Assembly (NCBI GenBank): GCA_050012475.1
Contig: JBEKHC010000008.1
Location: forward strand, 1-64,000
Source: Candidatus Velthaea sp.
Lineage (GTDB): Bacteria > Vulcanimicrobiota > Vulcanimicrobiia > Vulcanimicrobiales > Vulcanimicrobiaceae
Length of the DNA stretch: 64,000 bases
Direction: 5' to 3'
The position numbers and the translations under genes were made by a program. Shown in pieces: positions 1-7,632 of the stretch; the first letter of the stretch is position 1; every line of letters begins with the position of its first letter. The notes beneath the pieces were generated by a model. It searched no databases. It had not been told where the DNA came from and saw only the letters and a list, made by a program, of their open reading frames with translations.

Positions 1-2
1 CG

Positions 3-317
3 GATTACATTCGCACCGCCTCGGCCAAGGGTCTCTCGCAAACCGCGATCGTTTTCAAGCACGCCTTCAAGAACGCGCTCATCCCGCTGGTGACGGTGAT
101 CGCGCTGTCGATGCCGATTCTCGTGGGCGGCGCGGTTGTCACCGAATCGATCTTCGCCTGGCCGGGCATGGGACGGCTGTTCATCAATGCGCTGCAGCAG
201 TTCGATTTCGCGCTGCTCATGGGGTATTTGATGTTGACGTCGCTGCTGGTCGTCTTTTTCAATCTGGTCGCCGACGTCGCATACGCGTGGCTGGATCCGC
301 GGGTGAAATATTCGTGA
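3..317 (+). CDS. Peptide/nickel ABC transporter permease, DppB/OppB-like (5'-truncated by window)
   Basis: Frame reads DYIRTASAKGL (EAA loop) ... VTESIFAWPGMG ... DVAYAWLDPRVKY, the typical OppB C-terminus. Confidence 0.92.
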   Translation, partial: DYIRTASAKGLSQTAIVFKHAFKNALIPLVTVIALSMPILVGGAVVTESIFAWPGMGRLFINALQQFDFALLMGYLMLTSLLVVFFNLVADVAYAWLDPRVKYS

Positions 318-330
318 GCGGCGACTGTTA

Positions 331-1257
331 GTGGCTGCGACGCTGCCGCTCGAAGGCCAGCCGCCGGCCGTCCCCGAGGCGGAATTCAAAGAAAGCCGCA
401 ACAAGGTTTGGAAGCGCTTTCGCAAGCATCGGATCGCGCCGGTCGGTGCGATCGTGCTCATCTTGCTTGCGCTCGTTGCGATCTTTGCCAACTACATCAC
501 GCCGGCCGATCCGAACTTCATCGATCAAGCCAACTGGAACGGCACGCCCTTGGCGCCGGGCGTGGCGCATCACTTGCTGGGAACGGACGAAGACGGACGC
601 GATCTGCTCGCGCGGCTGATGTTCGGCGCCCGCGTTTCGCTCACCGTCGCGGTCGTCACGGTGATCCTCGAAGTGGCGATCGGCACCGTGCTGGGCGCAG
701 TCGCCGGCTACTACGGCGGCTGGATCGATTTCGTGCTGATGCGCCTGACCGACGTCGTGCTGTCGATTCCGCTGCTGCCGCTGTTGCTCGTGCTGACCGC
801 GATCGTCGCCGCGACCTCGAACAAAGCTTCGTTGGGACCGATCTCGATCGTGCTCATCATCGGGTTTTTGCAGTGGCCGGCCGTCGCGCGCATCGAACGC
901 GCGCTCTTTTTGAGTTTGCGCGAACGCGAGTACGCCGAGGCTGCGCGCGCATTGGGAAACTCCGATGGCCGGATCATTTTCCGCCACTTGCTGCCCAACG
1001 CGGTCGCACCGATCATCGTGCAGGCGACGCTCGACATCGCCAACGTCATCATCGTCGAGTCGACCTTGTCGTTTTTGGGGTTCGGCATCCAGCCGCCAAC
1101 GGCGTCATGGGGCAACATGCTTGCCAACGCAACCTCGAACATGACGATCGCGCCGTGGGTCGCGATCTTCCCCGGCCTGTGCATTCTGGTCACCGTGCTG
1201 GCGATCAACTATTTGGGTGACGGGCTGCGCGACGCGCTCGATCCCAACATGCGTTAG
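331..1257 (+). CDS. Peptide ABC transporter permease, DppC/OppC-like
   Basis: HLLGTDEDGRD, EYAEAARALG, ESTLSFLGFG..PP..SWG and GDGLRDALDP motifs. Confidence 0.95.
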   Translation: MAATLPLEGQPPAVPEAEFKESRNKVWKRFRKHRIAPVGAIVLILLALVAIFANYITPADPNFIDQANWNGTPLAPGVAHHLLGTDEDGRDLLARLMFGARVSLTVAVVTVILEVAIGTVLGAVAGYYGGWIDFVLMRLTDVVLSIPLLPLLLVLTAIVAATSNKASLGPISIVLIIGFLQWPAVARIERALFLSLREREYAEAARALGNSDGRIIFRHLLPNAVAPIIVQATLDIANVIIVESTLSFLGFGIQPPTASWGNMLANATSNMTIAPWVAIFPGLCILVTVLAINYLGDGLRDALDPNMR

Positions 1258-1330
1258 CGTGGTATCTCAGGAGCCCCACGAAAGATCGCAAAGATTTTCG
1301 TTCGGATCGAGGAGTGATGAAATGGGTGCC

Positions 1331-1360
1331 CTCGGCTTCGCTCGGTACACCCGGCGAAGC
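1331..1360 (+). repeat. Intergenic REP-like hairpin repeat, copy 1 (CTCGGCTTCGCTCGGTACACCCGGCGAAGC)
   Basis: Matches the reverse complement of 37562-37590 except for one extra G; GCTTCGC...GCGAAGC stem. Confidence 0.75.
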
Positions 1361-1386
1361 TGTCGCTTCGTGACCGAATACCGACG

Positions 1387-1941
1387 ATGAGCCGGGCGAA
1401 AAGACGAGTCCGGGTCGTCGCTCGCGTGCGGCACGACGCGATTCGAATCGCGGGCGCGGCGCTGGTGCTTGCCGTTGCCGCGCCGGCCGGCGCGGCCCAG
1501 CTGCAGCAGCCGCCGACGAGCTATCCGCTCTGCACGGCGGCCGAACTCGCCGGATTTCCCTGGACGCATCCGGCGTTCGGCAAAGACATCCCGGGCATCG
1601 CCTTGCGCAACATGTCGCTTGCGGCATGCCGCGTTGCCGGGTATCCCGAGCTGCGGGCCTATGTTTCGTCAGGCCAGGTCGCAGCGATCCGCTTCGAGCG
1701 CGCGCCGTTCATCGACAAGCAGATCTATGCCTACAGCGTGTTGCCCGGAGCAGCTGTGTTTTTCGCTTTCTACGGCCACCCGCCGAGCGGTGAATTCGAT
1801 CGCAGCTGCGTGGGCATCACGCAGCTCGACGTCTTCGTGCCCGGCGACCGGCGGGCGATCGACGTCACGCTGAGCACCGGCACGTGCGGCGGGCGCATGT
1901 CGTACTCGCAGATGTTTCCGGTCAGCGAACTCGCGCCCTAA
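1387..1941 (+). CDS. Secreted hypothetical protein (DUF4232-like)
   Basis: Signal-peptide-like N-terminus (LVLAVAAPAGA); CTAAEL...LRNMSLAACRVAGYP pattern resembles DUF4232. Confidence 0.55.
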   Translation: MSRAKRRVRVVARVRHDAIRIAGAALVLAVAAPAGAAQLQQPPTSYPLCTAAELAGFPWTHPAFGKDIPGIALRNMSLAACRVAGYPELRAYVSSGQVAAIRFERAPFIDKQIYAYSVLPGAAVFFAFYGHPPSGEFDRSCVGITQLDVFVPGDRRAIDVTLSTGTCGGRMSYSQMFPVSELAP

Positions 1942-2362
1942 CGCACGAAGTCCGGCAGTTGGCGCAGCGGCCGGCGAAGGTCGTCGATTCGGCTGCGATT
2001 TGGAGGCCGTGACGCTGGGCGAGGGCGGCAAGCAGATCCGGCGGGACGGTGAACTCGATGTCGCGGATGTCGCCGCAGGCGACGCAGCGGAAGTGCGCGT
2101 GCGGCGGGGCGGCACGCTCGTACACGACGGAAGCAGCGCCCGGGACGTCGAGCTTTTCGACGTAGCCTAGTTCGCTCAGGCGAGCCAAGGCCCGATGGAC
2201 GGTTGCGAAACCGAGCTTGGGCTGCACCGTCCGGGCGCGCGCGTATACGTCCTGCGCGCTGAGATGCACCCCGCGGTCGACCGCGCAAATCGCGTCAAAA
2301 ATCTTGACGTAATTTGCCGGCAACCGCTCTGCCGGCCGTGCTTTACTTAAGTCGCTTGACAT
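1922..2362 (-). CDS. Fur/PerR family transcriptional regulator
   Basis: HLSAQDVY, LGFATVHRAL helix, HAHFRCVACG and C-terminal GRCANC zinc motifs. Confidence 0.92.
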   Translation of the reverse strand: MSSDLSKARPAERLPANYVKIFDAICAVDRGVHLSAQDVYARARTVQPKLGFATVHRALARLSELGYVEKLDVPGAASVVYERAAPPHAHFRCVACGDIRDIEFTVPPDLLAALAQRHGLQIAAESTTFAGRCANCRTSCVRARVR

Positions 2363-2400
2363 GGATCGCGCTATGGACTACCTTGAACTCGGCATTTATT

Positions 2401-2419
2401 GAGAATGAATATCATTTTC
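2401..2419. promoter_or_regulatory. Fur-box-like operator GAGAATGAATATCATTTTC
   Basis: 15/19 match to GATAATGATAATCATTATC; imperfect palindrome in the AT-rich gap between divergent fur and ahpC. Confidence 0.8.
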
Positions 2420-2471
2420 ACACTATACACGATTTCTTGCAAAGCAGCAATCGTTTCCGGAGGTTTTCATC

Positions 2472-3026
2472 TTGTCAGCTAAGGTCGGGCAAGCCGCCCC
2501 TGCATTCAAGCTTGCCAGCACGAAAGGCGCCACGAGCCCCAGGAATTTGGGTGCCGAGATCAGCCTGTCGGACTACAGAGGCAAATGGCTCATCTTTTTC
2601 TTCTATCCGCTCGATTTCACGTTCGTCTGCCCGACCGAAATTCTCGCGCTGTCCGATCGCTACGACGAAATCACGGAACTGGGCGCCGACGTGCTGGGCG
2701 CCTCGACCGACTCCGTCTTTAGTCATTTCGCCTGGGTCAGCACGCCGCGTGAGAAGAACGGCATCGCCGGCTTGAAGTTCCCGCTCGTCGCGGACTTCAC
2801 CAAAGAAATCGCGCGCGCATACGGTGTGCTCAACGAAGCCAGCGGCGCGGCTCAGCGCGGCCTGTTCATCATCGATCCCGACGGCGTTCTCAAGTACGCC
2901 ACGATCACCGACGACAACGTCGGCCGTTCGGTGGAGGAGACGTTGCGCGTTCTTCAGGCGCTGCAGACCGGCGGACTTTGCCCCGCGGAATGGACGCCCG
3001 GCAAACAGCTGCTCTCGGTTTCGTAG
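2472..3026 (+). CDS. ahpC: 2-Cys peroxiredoxin (AhpC/Prx1; YkuU/AhpA-like)
   Basis: FFYPLDFTFVCPTE peroxidatic motif and LCPAEW resolving motif; TTG start after GGAGG. Confidence 0.95.
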   Translation: MSAKVGQAAPAFKLASTKGATSPRNLGAEISLSDYRGKWLIFFFYPLDFTFVCPTEILALSDRYDEITELGADVLGASTDSVFSHFAWVSTPREKNGIAGLKFPLVADFTKEIARAYGVLNEASGAAQRGLFIIDPDGVLKYATITDDNVGRSVEETLRVLQALQTGGLCPAEWTPGKQLLSVS

Positions 3027-3028
3027 TC

Positions 3029-3496
3029 ATGCCGCTGCGCATGCGCACCCCGCTGCCGGCGCTGGAGGGGGTACCGACGTGGGTCAACGGCGGGTTGCCG
3101 CCGGCGGCCGAACTCGCGGGCCATCCGGTGCTCGTGCACTTCTGGTCGATCTCGTGCTACATCTGTCATGACGTGGTCGACAAAGTCAACGGCTGGCGTG
3201 ACAAATACGGCCCAATGGGGCTCAAGGTGATCTCCGTTCATCAGCCGCGCGGACCCGAAGAACTCGACGTGGAGAACGTCACCGCCGATGCGCTGGGCGC
3301 GATGGGGCTGACCCAGCCGCTGGCCATCGACAACGAACACACTATCGTCGGCCGTTTCTCGAACCAGTTCGTCCCGGCATACTACGTTTTCAACCGGAAC
3401 CATGAATTGCGGCACTTTCAGGCCGGCGACAAGGGCTACGACCGGATCGAAAACGCGCTCGAGCGTGTCCTAACCGAAGAGGAAGCTGTCGCTTGA
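3029..3496 (+). CDS. TlpA/redoxin thiol-disulfide oxidoreductase (YkuV/AhpT-like)
   Basis: VLVHFWSISCYIC CxxC motif, VHQPR, FVPAYYVF; ATG 2 nt after the ahpC stop. Confidence 0.88.
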   Translation: MPLRMRTPLPALEGVPTWVNGGLPPAAELAGHPVLVHFWSISCYICHDVVDKVNGWRDKYGPMGLKVISVHQPRGPEELDVENVTADALGAMGLTQPLAIDNEHTIVGRFSNQFVPAYYVFNRNHELRHFQAGDKGYDRIENALERVLTEEEAVA

Positions 3497-3504
3497 GTTG
3501 GCGC

Positions 3505-3531
3505 TCCGTCCGGCGGGCTCCGCCGGACGGA
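3505..3531 (+). terminator. GC-rich hairpin after the redoxin gene (terminator-like, no U-tract)
   Basis: TCCGTCCGGCGG-GCT-CCGCCGGACGGA, 12-bp perfect stem. Confidence 0.5.
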
Positions 3532-3549
3532 CGCGCGAGGTCTTACGGC

Positions 3550-3578
3550 TTGCGTAGTCGATGTCCATCGGATATGCT
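3550..3578 (+). promoter_or_regulatory. Putative sigma70 promoter of tRNA-Leu
   Basis: TTGCGT-N17-TATGCT ending 19 nt upstream of the tRNA. Confidence 0.55.
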
Positions 3579-3597
3579 ACGTTGGTTGCCTCAGGAT

Positions 3598-3684
3598 GCG
3601 CGAGTGGCGGAATTGGTAGACGCACTAGCTTGAGGTGCTAGCGCTCGCAAGGGCGTGCTGGTTCAAATCCAGTCTTGCGCACCA
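3598..3684 (+). tRNA. tRNA-Leu (anticodon GAG)
   Basis: Acceptor GCGCGAG/CTTGCGC-ACCA, D-arm TGGCGGAATTGGTAGACGC, anticodon stem CTAGC-TTGAGGT-GCTAG, long variable arm, GGTTCAAATCC T-loop, encoded CCA. Confidence 0.97.
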
Positions 3685-3686
3685 TC

Positions 3687-3722
3687 AAAAAACCCCGAGG
3701 ATAAAGACTTCTCGGGGTTTTT
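3687..3722 (+). terminator. Intrinsic terminator after tRNA-Leu (inside the island; possibly bidirectional)
   Basis: AAAAAACCCCGAG-N11-CTCGGGGTTTTT. Confidence 0.8.
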
Positions 3723-3845
3723 GATTTCATCGTTACCAGTAAACGGCACCCATCGATCAGCAGCTCGCAATTTGCCGTGATCTTGCTTTGGCTCTCCTAA
3801 GCAGCCAAAGACATCGGCTCACTGCTTGCCCCTTTCCGACCCGTC

Positions 3846-3941
3846 CTAGGCAGACGAGAGGCCATCGGCATACCGTAGGACGGGTTCGCCGATGGCCTCT
3901 TGGTAGAAGCGGAGGACGTTCTGAACAGTGAGATACTGCAA
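3846..3941 (-). pseudogene. Truncated Doc/Fic (death-on-curing) toxin, N-terminal 31 aa only
   Basis: TTG directly after the antitoxin stop; MQYLTVQNVLRFYQEAIGEPVLRYADGLSSA* resembles the Doc N-terminus (YLT..V...H...IG...LRD.GLL.SA..RP); no Fic motif downstream. Confidence 0.7.
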
Positions 3942-4160
3942 CTAGGCGTCTTTGAGCGCCTTAAGGAGCGAGGCATCCTCTTTCATAATCCGCCGTACCA
4001 TTACCAGCATGTCGTCCTCAGAGATCGGATGCCGTTCGGAATACTCGCGGATAGCATCGGCAATGATATCGTTGACCGGCCGACGCTCGAAGGTGCCCCG
4101 GAGCTTGAGAAGTTCGTGCTGCGCTTCTTCAAGGCGAAGCGAAACCTGCTTCTGTGCCAT
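3942..4160 (-). CDS. Ribbon-helix-helix type antitoxin (Doc-partner type), 72 aa
   Basis: KQVSLRL beta strand plus two helices (RHH); C-terminal RRIMKEDASLLKALKDA tail typical of Doc antitoxins; abuts the doc fragment. Confidence 0.75.
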   Translation of the reverse strand: MAQKQVSLRLEEAQHELLKLRGTFERRPVNDIIADAIREYSERHPISEDDMLVMVRRIMKEDASLLKALKDA

Positions 4161-4162
4161 CT

Positions 4163-4198
4163 TGATAGCAATGTATCACATCACGAACCAGAAGTCAA
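4163..4198 (-). promoter_or_regulatory. sigma70 promoter and autoregulatory operator of the antitoxin
   Basis: Minus strand TTGACT-N17-TACATT with extended TG, 9 nt before the ATG; TGATA-N6-TATCA inverted repeat (4163-4178) overlaps the -10. Confidence 0.72.
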
Positions 4199-4440
4199 AA
4201 CCGGAGGTCGGCAGACTAGCCGCCAGCGCGTCCTCGGACGATTCCGGGGCTCAGACTGAGGTGCGGCTCGCTTTGCGGTTAGGCGCTTATACTCGTTCTT
4301 GGTTGGCTGCTTTCCAGAAGCGAATTACTTTACTTGTACCAGTACCATTAACCAGTAGGTAAAAAATAACGCTATGGGGCTCATTTGGGGGGCCATTCAT
4401 TTAAGGGTGTTCCTCCTCTTCGGCCCTCGGGAGGACGGTG

Positions 4441-4497
4441 GCTTGAGGTGCTAACGCTCGCAAGGGCGTGCTGGTTCAAATCCAGTCTTGCGCACCA
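4441..4497 (+). repeat. attR: displaced copy of the tRNA-Leu 3' half
   Basis: Identical to 3628-3684 except G>A at 4454; begins at the anticodon arm and ends in CCA. Confidence 0.92.
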
Positions 4498-4510
4498 TTC
4501 GATCCCAGAC

Positions 4511-4544
4511 AGAAACCCTGATGAGCTCAGGGTTTCTCTTTGTT
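4511..4544 (+). terminator. Intrinsic terminator after attR (probably the ancestral tRNA terminator)
   Basis: AGAAACCCTGA-TGAGC-TCAGGGTTTCT followed by CTTTGTT. Confidence 0.75.
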
Positions 4545-4625
4545 CGATGAACGTGGGCGGCGGGGAAATGCTCGAATCGCGGCTGGGCTGACTGCCGAGC
4601 AGCGACTCCAGTCGACCGGCCGAGG

Positions 4626-4985
4626 CTAATTGCGGTCGTCGTTCGTGCGCAGGGTGATCAGGTCGTCGGCCGCGCCCCACAAGTGATCGTGGTGACGCGC
4701 CAATTCGTCGGCGCCCGGCGACGACGAGGCGCCCGCCTCCATCAGGAATTCGCCCAATTCGCGCGCCGCGTAGAGGTCCTGCATCGAGGGGGCGAGGCCC
4801 TCACGGTGTGCCTCCATGACCCCTTCGAGAATGCGCGCGGCCACGTTGGCACGGCGCCGATATTCCAACTCGATTGCCGACAGCGACGCGATCAGCGTGA
4901 CCGAATCGCTGATCGGCGCGACCATCTCTTTGCGCAGACCATCGAAGTCGTCCAAGTCGTCGTGCGTTACATTAGAAGCGGGCAT
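4626..4985 (-). CDS. Hypothetical helical protein, 119 aa
   Basis: ATG with upstream AAAGGG; natural composition; no recognised motif. Confidence 0.6.
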   Translation of the reverse strand: MPASNVTHDDLDDFDGLRKEMVAPISDSVTLIASLSAIELEYRRRANVAARILEGVMEAHREGLAPSMQDLYAARELGEFLMEAGASSSPGADELARHHDHLWGAADDLITLRTNDDRN

Positions 4986-5260
4986 CGGAAACGACCCTTT
5001 CGATGGCTGACCCGGCGCTGCGCCTTCCGCATCGCCGGGCTATCTCGTTCCTTTTCACTAGCATGATGAGTGGAATGCGGCCCGGCAAAAAGCACGGGGC
5101 CAGCGCCCCCATGAAGAACGTCACCGGCTGCTAAGGCGGCGCTGCTCCGCTTCGGCAAGCCTAGCGGAAGAAACTTCCAAGCGTGTGCTTTCGTGGCGAG
5201 TGCGACCGCCGTTACTTCGTCCCAGCAGGTTGCTGCCGGCTGGGCGCCGGACCAAGTGCC

Positions 5261-6031
5261 GTGGCCGCGCCGATCGAACATCCGCCCGCGACCCCACGGG
5301 TTGCGCTCGTCACGGGCGGCGCGGGCGGTTTGGCACAAGGCATTTGCCTTGCGCTCGCCGGCGCCGGCTACCGCATCGCATTTACCTTTCGCCCCGGCGG
5401 CACGGCGCCCGATGCAACGCTGAACCTAGTCCGGCCGTTCGACCCGGACGTTGCCGCCATCGGCGAAGACCTGGCCGACACGGCCGGAGCCAGGCGTGCG
5501 ATCGATGGAGTGGAGCGCCGCCGTGGGCCCGTCGATGTCGCCATCCATACGCTAGGCCCGATCGTCGTCAAGCCGTTCGAACGTTCCGAGCCCGACGACT
5601 ACCAGCACATGATCGAGGGTAACGTCGGTTCGTCGGTCGCGCTGGCATTCGCCGTGCTCCCCGGCATGCGTGCGCGCGGCTTCGGGCGCCTAGTGTTTTT
5701 TGGAATGAACGGTTCGCACGACACGCAACCGGCGCCGCTCATGTCGCTGTACGCCGCGGCGAAAGCCGCCGTCGTGACCTTTGCCCGAACGCTTGCCGTC
5801 GAGGAAGCCAAACACGGCATCACGGTCAACGTCATCGAGCCCGGCGACATTCGCGATAAGACCGCCGACCGGCGCACGGCGCGGGCGCGAACGGCGAATA
5901 ATCCGACCGGCCGGCCCGGTTCGTGGGAGGACATCGCGGACGCGGTCCTTTTTGCGATCGGCGACGATGCGTTCTATCTCAACGGGATGGTGATCGGCGT
6001 GAACGGTGGTCGCGTTGAGCCGCACGAATAA
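5261..6031 (+). CDS. SDR family oxidoreductase (FabG-like)
   Basis: VALVTGGAGGLA, YAAAK catalytic motif, ITVNVIEPG, VNGG; start codon uncertain. Confidence 0.9.
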   Translation: MAAPIEHPPATPRVALVTGGAGGLAQGICLALAGAGYRIAFTFRPGGTAPDATLNLVRPFDPDVAAIGEDLADTAGARRAIDGVERRRGPVDVAIHTLGPIVVKPFERSEPDDYQHMIEGNVGSSVALAFAVLPGMRARGFGRLVFFGMNGSHDTQPAPLMSLYAAAKAAVVTFARTLAVEEAKHGITVNVIEPGDIRDKTADRRTARARTANNPTGRPGSWEDIADAVLFAIGDDAFYLNGMVIGVNGGRVEPHE

Positions 6032-7610
6032 GGACGTGCTCGTGGCGCCGGCGCGCCGCGTCGAACCGGCTGCGTTCGTGCGCCGCTCGCGCGACCTGCC
6101 CGCGAATGCGCGCGCCGTCGCGTGGGTTTGGGCCATCGTCGCCGCCGTGACCGTCATGCGGGCGATCGCCGACTTCCGGCTGCCGCTGACGGGCGACGAA
6201 GCGTACTACTGGGAATGGTCGCGCCATCTGGCGTTCGGCTACGTCGATCATCCGCCCGCGGTAGCTTGGACGATCCGCGCCTTCGCTTGGTTGGGCACGA
6301 TCCCCGGCGCCGTCCGCATCGGCTTCGTGCTGTGCGGGGTGATCGCCACCCTGGCCGCCGCCGCCGCCGCTACGCGGCTGGCCCATGGCGACCGGCGGGC
6401 CGGTGCGGTCACGGCGCTGGCGTTCGCCCTGACGCCGCTGTTCTCGATGGCGTTCGGGAGCGCCACGCCGGATGGTCCCTACTTGGCGTTCTGGACGCTG
6501 TCGATCTGCTTGGCCTTGCAAGCATTTGATGAGCGCCGTCCGATCGATTTCATCGTCCTGGGCTGCGCGCTGGGCTTGGCGCTGCTCTCGCGGATGTTCG
6601 CGTTCGCGCTGCTGTTCGGGATCGCGATGGACGCGCTCGCGCCGAGCCGGCGCAGTTTGTGGCGCGCCGGGCTGGGCTGGTCGTTCGTCATCGCCGCCGC
6701 GCTGTATGCGCCGTTCGTGTGGTGGAATGCGACGCACGATTGGCTGACCTTCGACTTCACCTTCGTCGGCCGGCACGTTTCGCAGTTCAAGCTGCTGCGG
6801 CCATTGTCGCTGTATGCCGTGCAGGCCGCGGCGTACTCGCCCGGCTTCTTCATCGGTGCGCTCGTCGTCGCGTTCGCCCGCGGCGGCAGTGGCCTCATCA
6901 AGTGGACGGCGCTCCCGCTCATCGGCTTGCTGACGGTGCTGGCCCTGTTCGAACCGGTCGAGATTCACTGGATCTTCGGACCGTACGCCTCGCTGTGCAT
7001 CGGTTTGGGCAGTGCATACGTTCGGCTGACGCGGCGCGCTCGCATCATTTGGGCGAACGCATCGGTGGTGCCGGCCCTCTTGCTGCTGCCGCTGGTGTTT
7101 TATGCCGCGGTTGCGCCGGGTGCCGCCTATCAGCTCTTCCGCAACACCGGATCCTCGCTGCGGAACACCGGACCGTTCGAGATCTTCACCTACTGGCCGC
7201 TCGCGCAAGATGTCCGGCACCTCGCCGCCGCGAACGACGCCGTGGTCATGACCGACGGCTACGGGCTGTCGGCGGTCGTCGATTTTTATGCCGGACTCAC
7301 GCCGATCGTGATCGGCTACGACTGGCAAGGGCGTGAATCGCGCAATTGGTATCGTGACAGCGAGCATCCCAAGCGCGCTATCTTCCTGGATAAAGAGGAA
7401 CTCGACCCGCTGCATCCGACTCCGCTCAATCGCGGCCGGCCGGATTTCAAGGCGCGCCTCGCGCAAGCGTGCGGCACCGTGCGCAAAGGTCCGGTGCTGG
7501 AATATTCGTATGCCGGGGTGCCGCCGCGCAAATACTACACGACGTTTTGTGACGACCTTGCGCCCGACGGCGTGCGGATCTTACGCTGGGAGCAAGGCGC
7601 GCCGCACTAA
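6006..7610 (+). CDS. GT-C membrane glycosyltransferase (ArnT/PMT, GT39/83-like)
   Basis: GDEAYYWEWSRHLAFGYVDHPP motif and many TM segments; start uncertain. Confidence 0.88.
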   Translation: MVALSRTNKDVLVAPARRVEPAAFVRRSRDLPANARAVAWVWAIVAAVTVMRAIADFRLPLTGDEAYYWEWSRHLAFGYVDHPPAVAWTIRAFAWLGTIPGAVRIGFVLCGVIATLAAAAAATRLAHGDRRAGAVTALAFALTPLFSMAFGSATPDGPYLAFWTLSICLALQAFDERRPIDFIVLGCALGLALLSRMFAFALLFGIAMDALAPSRRSLWRAGLGWSFVIAAALYAPFVWWNATHDWLTFDFTFVGRHVSQFKLLRPLSLYAVQAAAYSPGFFIGALVVAFARGGSGLIKWTALPLIGLLTVLALFEPVEIHWIFGPYASLCIGLGSAYVRLTRRARIIWANASVVPALLLLPLVFYAAVAPGAAYQLFRNTGSSLRNTGPFEIFTYWPLAQDVRHLAAANDAVVMTDGYGLSAVVDFYAGLTPIVIGYDWQGRESRNWYRDSEHPKRAIFLDKEELDPLHPTPLNRGRPDFKARLAQACGTVRKGPVLEYSYAGVPPRKYYTTFCDDLAPDGVRILRWEQGAPH

Positions 7611-7632
7611 TCAGCGCGAAGGGGCGCTGAGC

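Larger units (their letters stand above)
3628..4497. mobile_element. Small tRNA-Leu-integrated island or remnant between attL (3628-3684) and attR (4441-4497); no integrase
   Basis: 57-bp direct repeat of the tRNA 3' half with one mismatch; interior visibly lower in GC; contains an antitoxin and a truncated doc. Confidence 0.85.

Noticed and set aside
3900..4362. Plus-strand ORFs (119 and 136 aa) in the mini-island as an integrase or excisionase
   Set aside because: No recombinase motifs; they lie antisense to the antitoxin, which has the promoter support.
4441..4497. Second tRNA-Leu gene
   Set aside because: Lacks the 5' acceptor strand and D-arm; it is an att duplication.
4986..5260. Riboswitch in the divergent gap before the SDR
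   Set aside because: Only generic GC hairpins; no aptamer consensus recognised.
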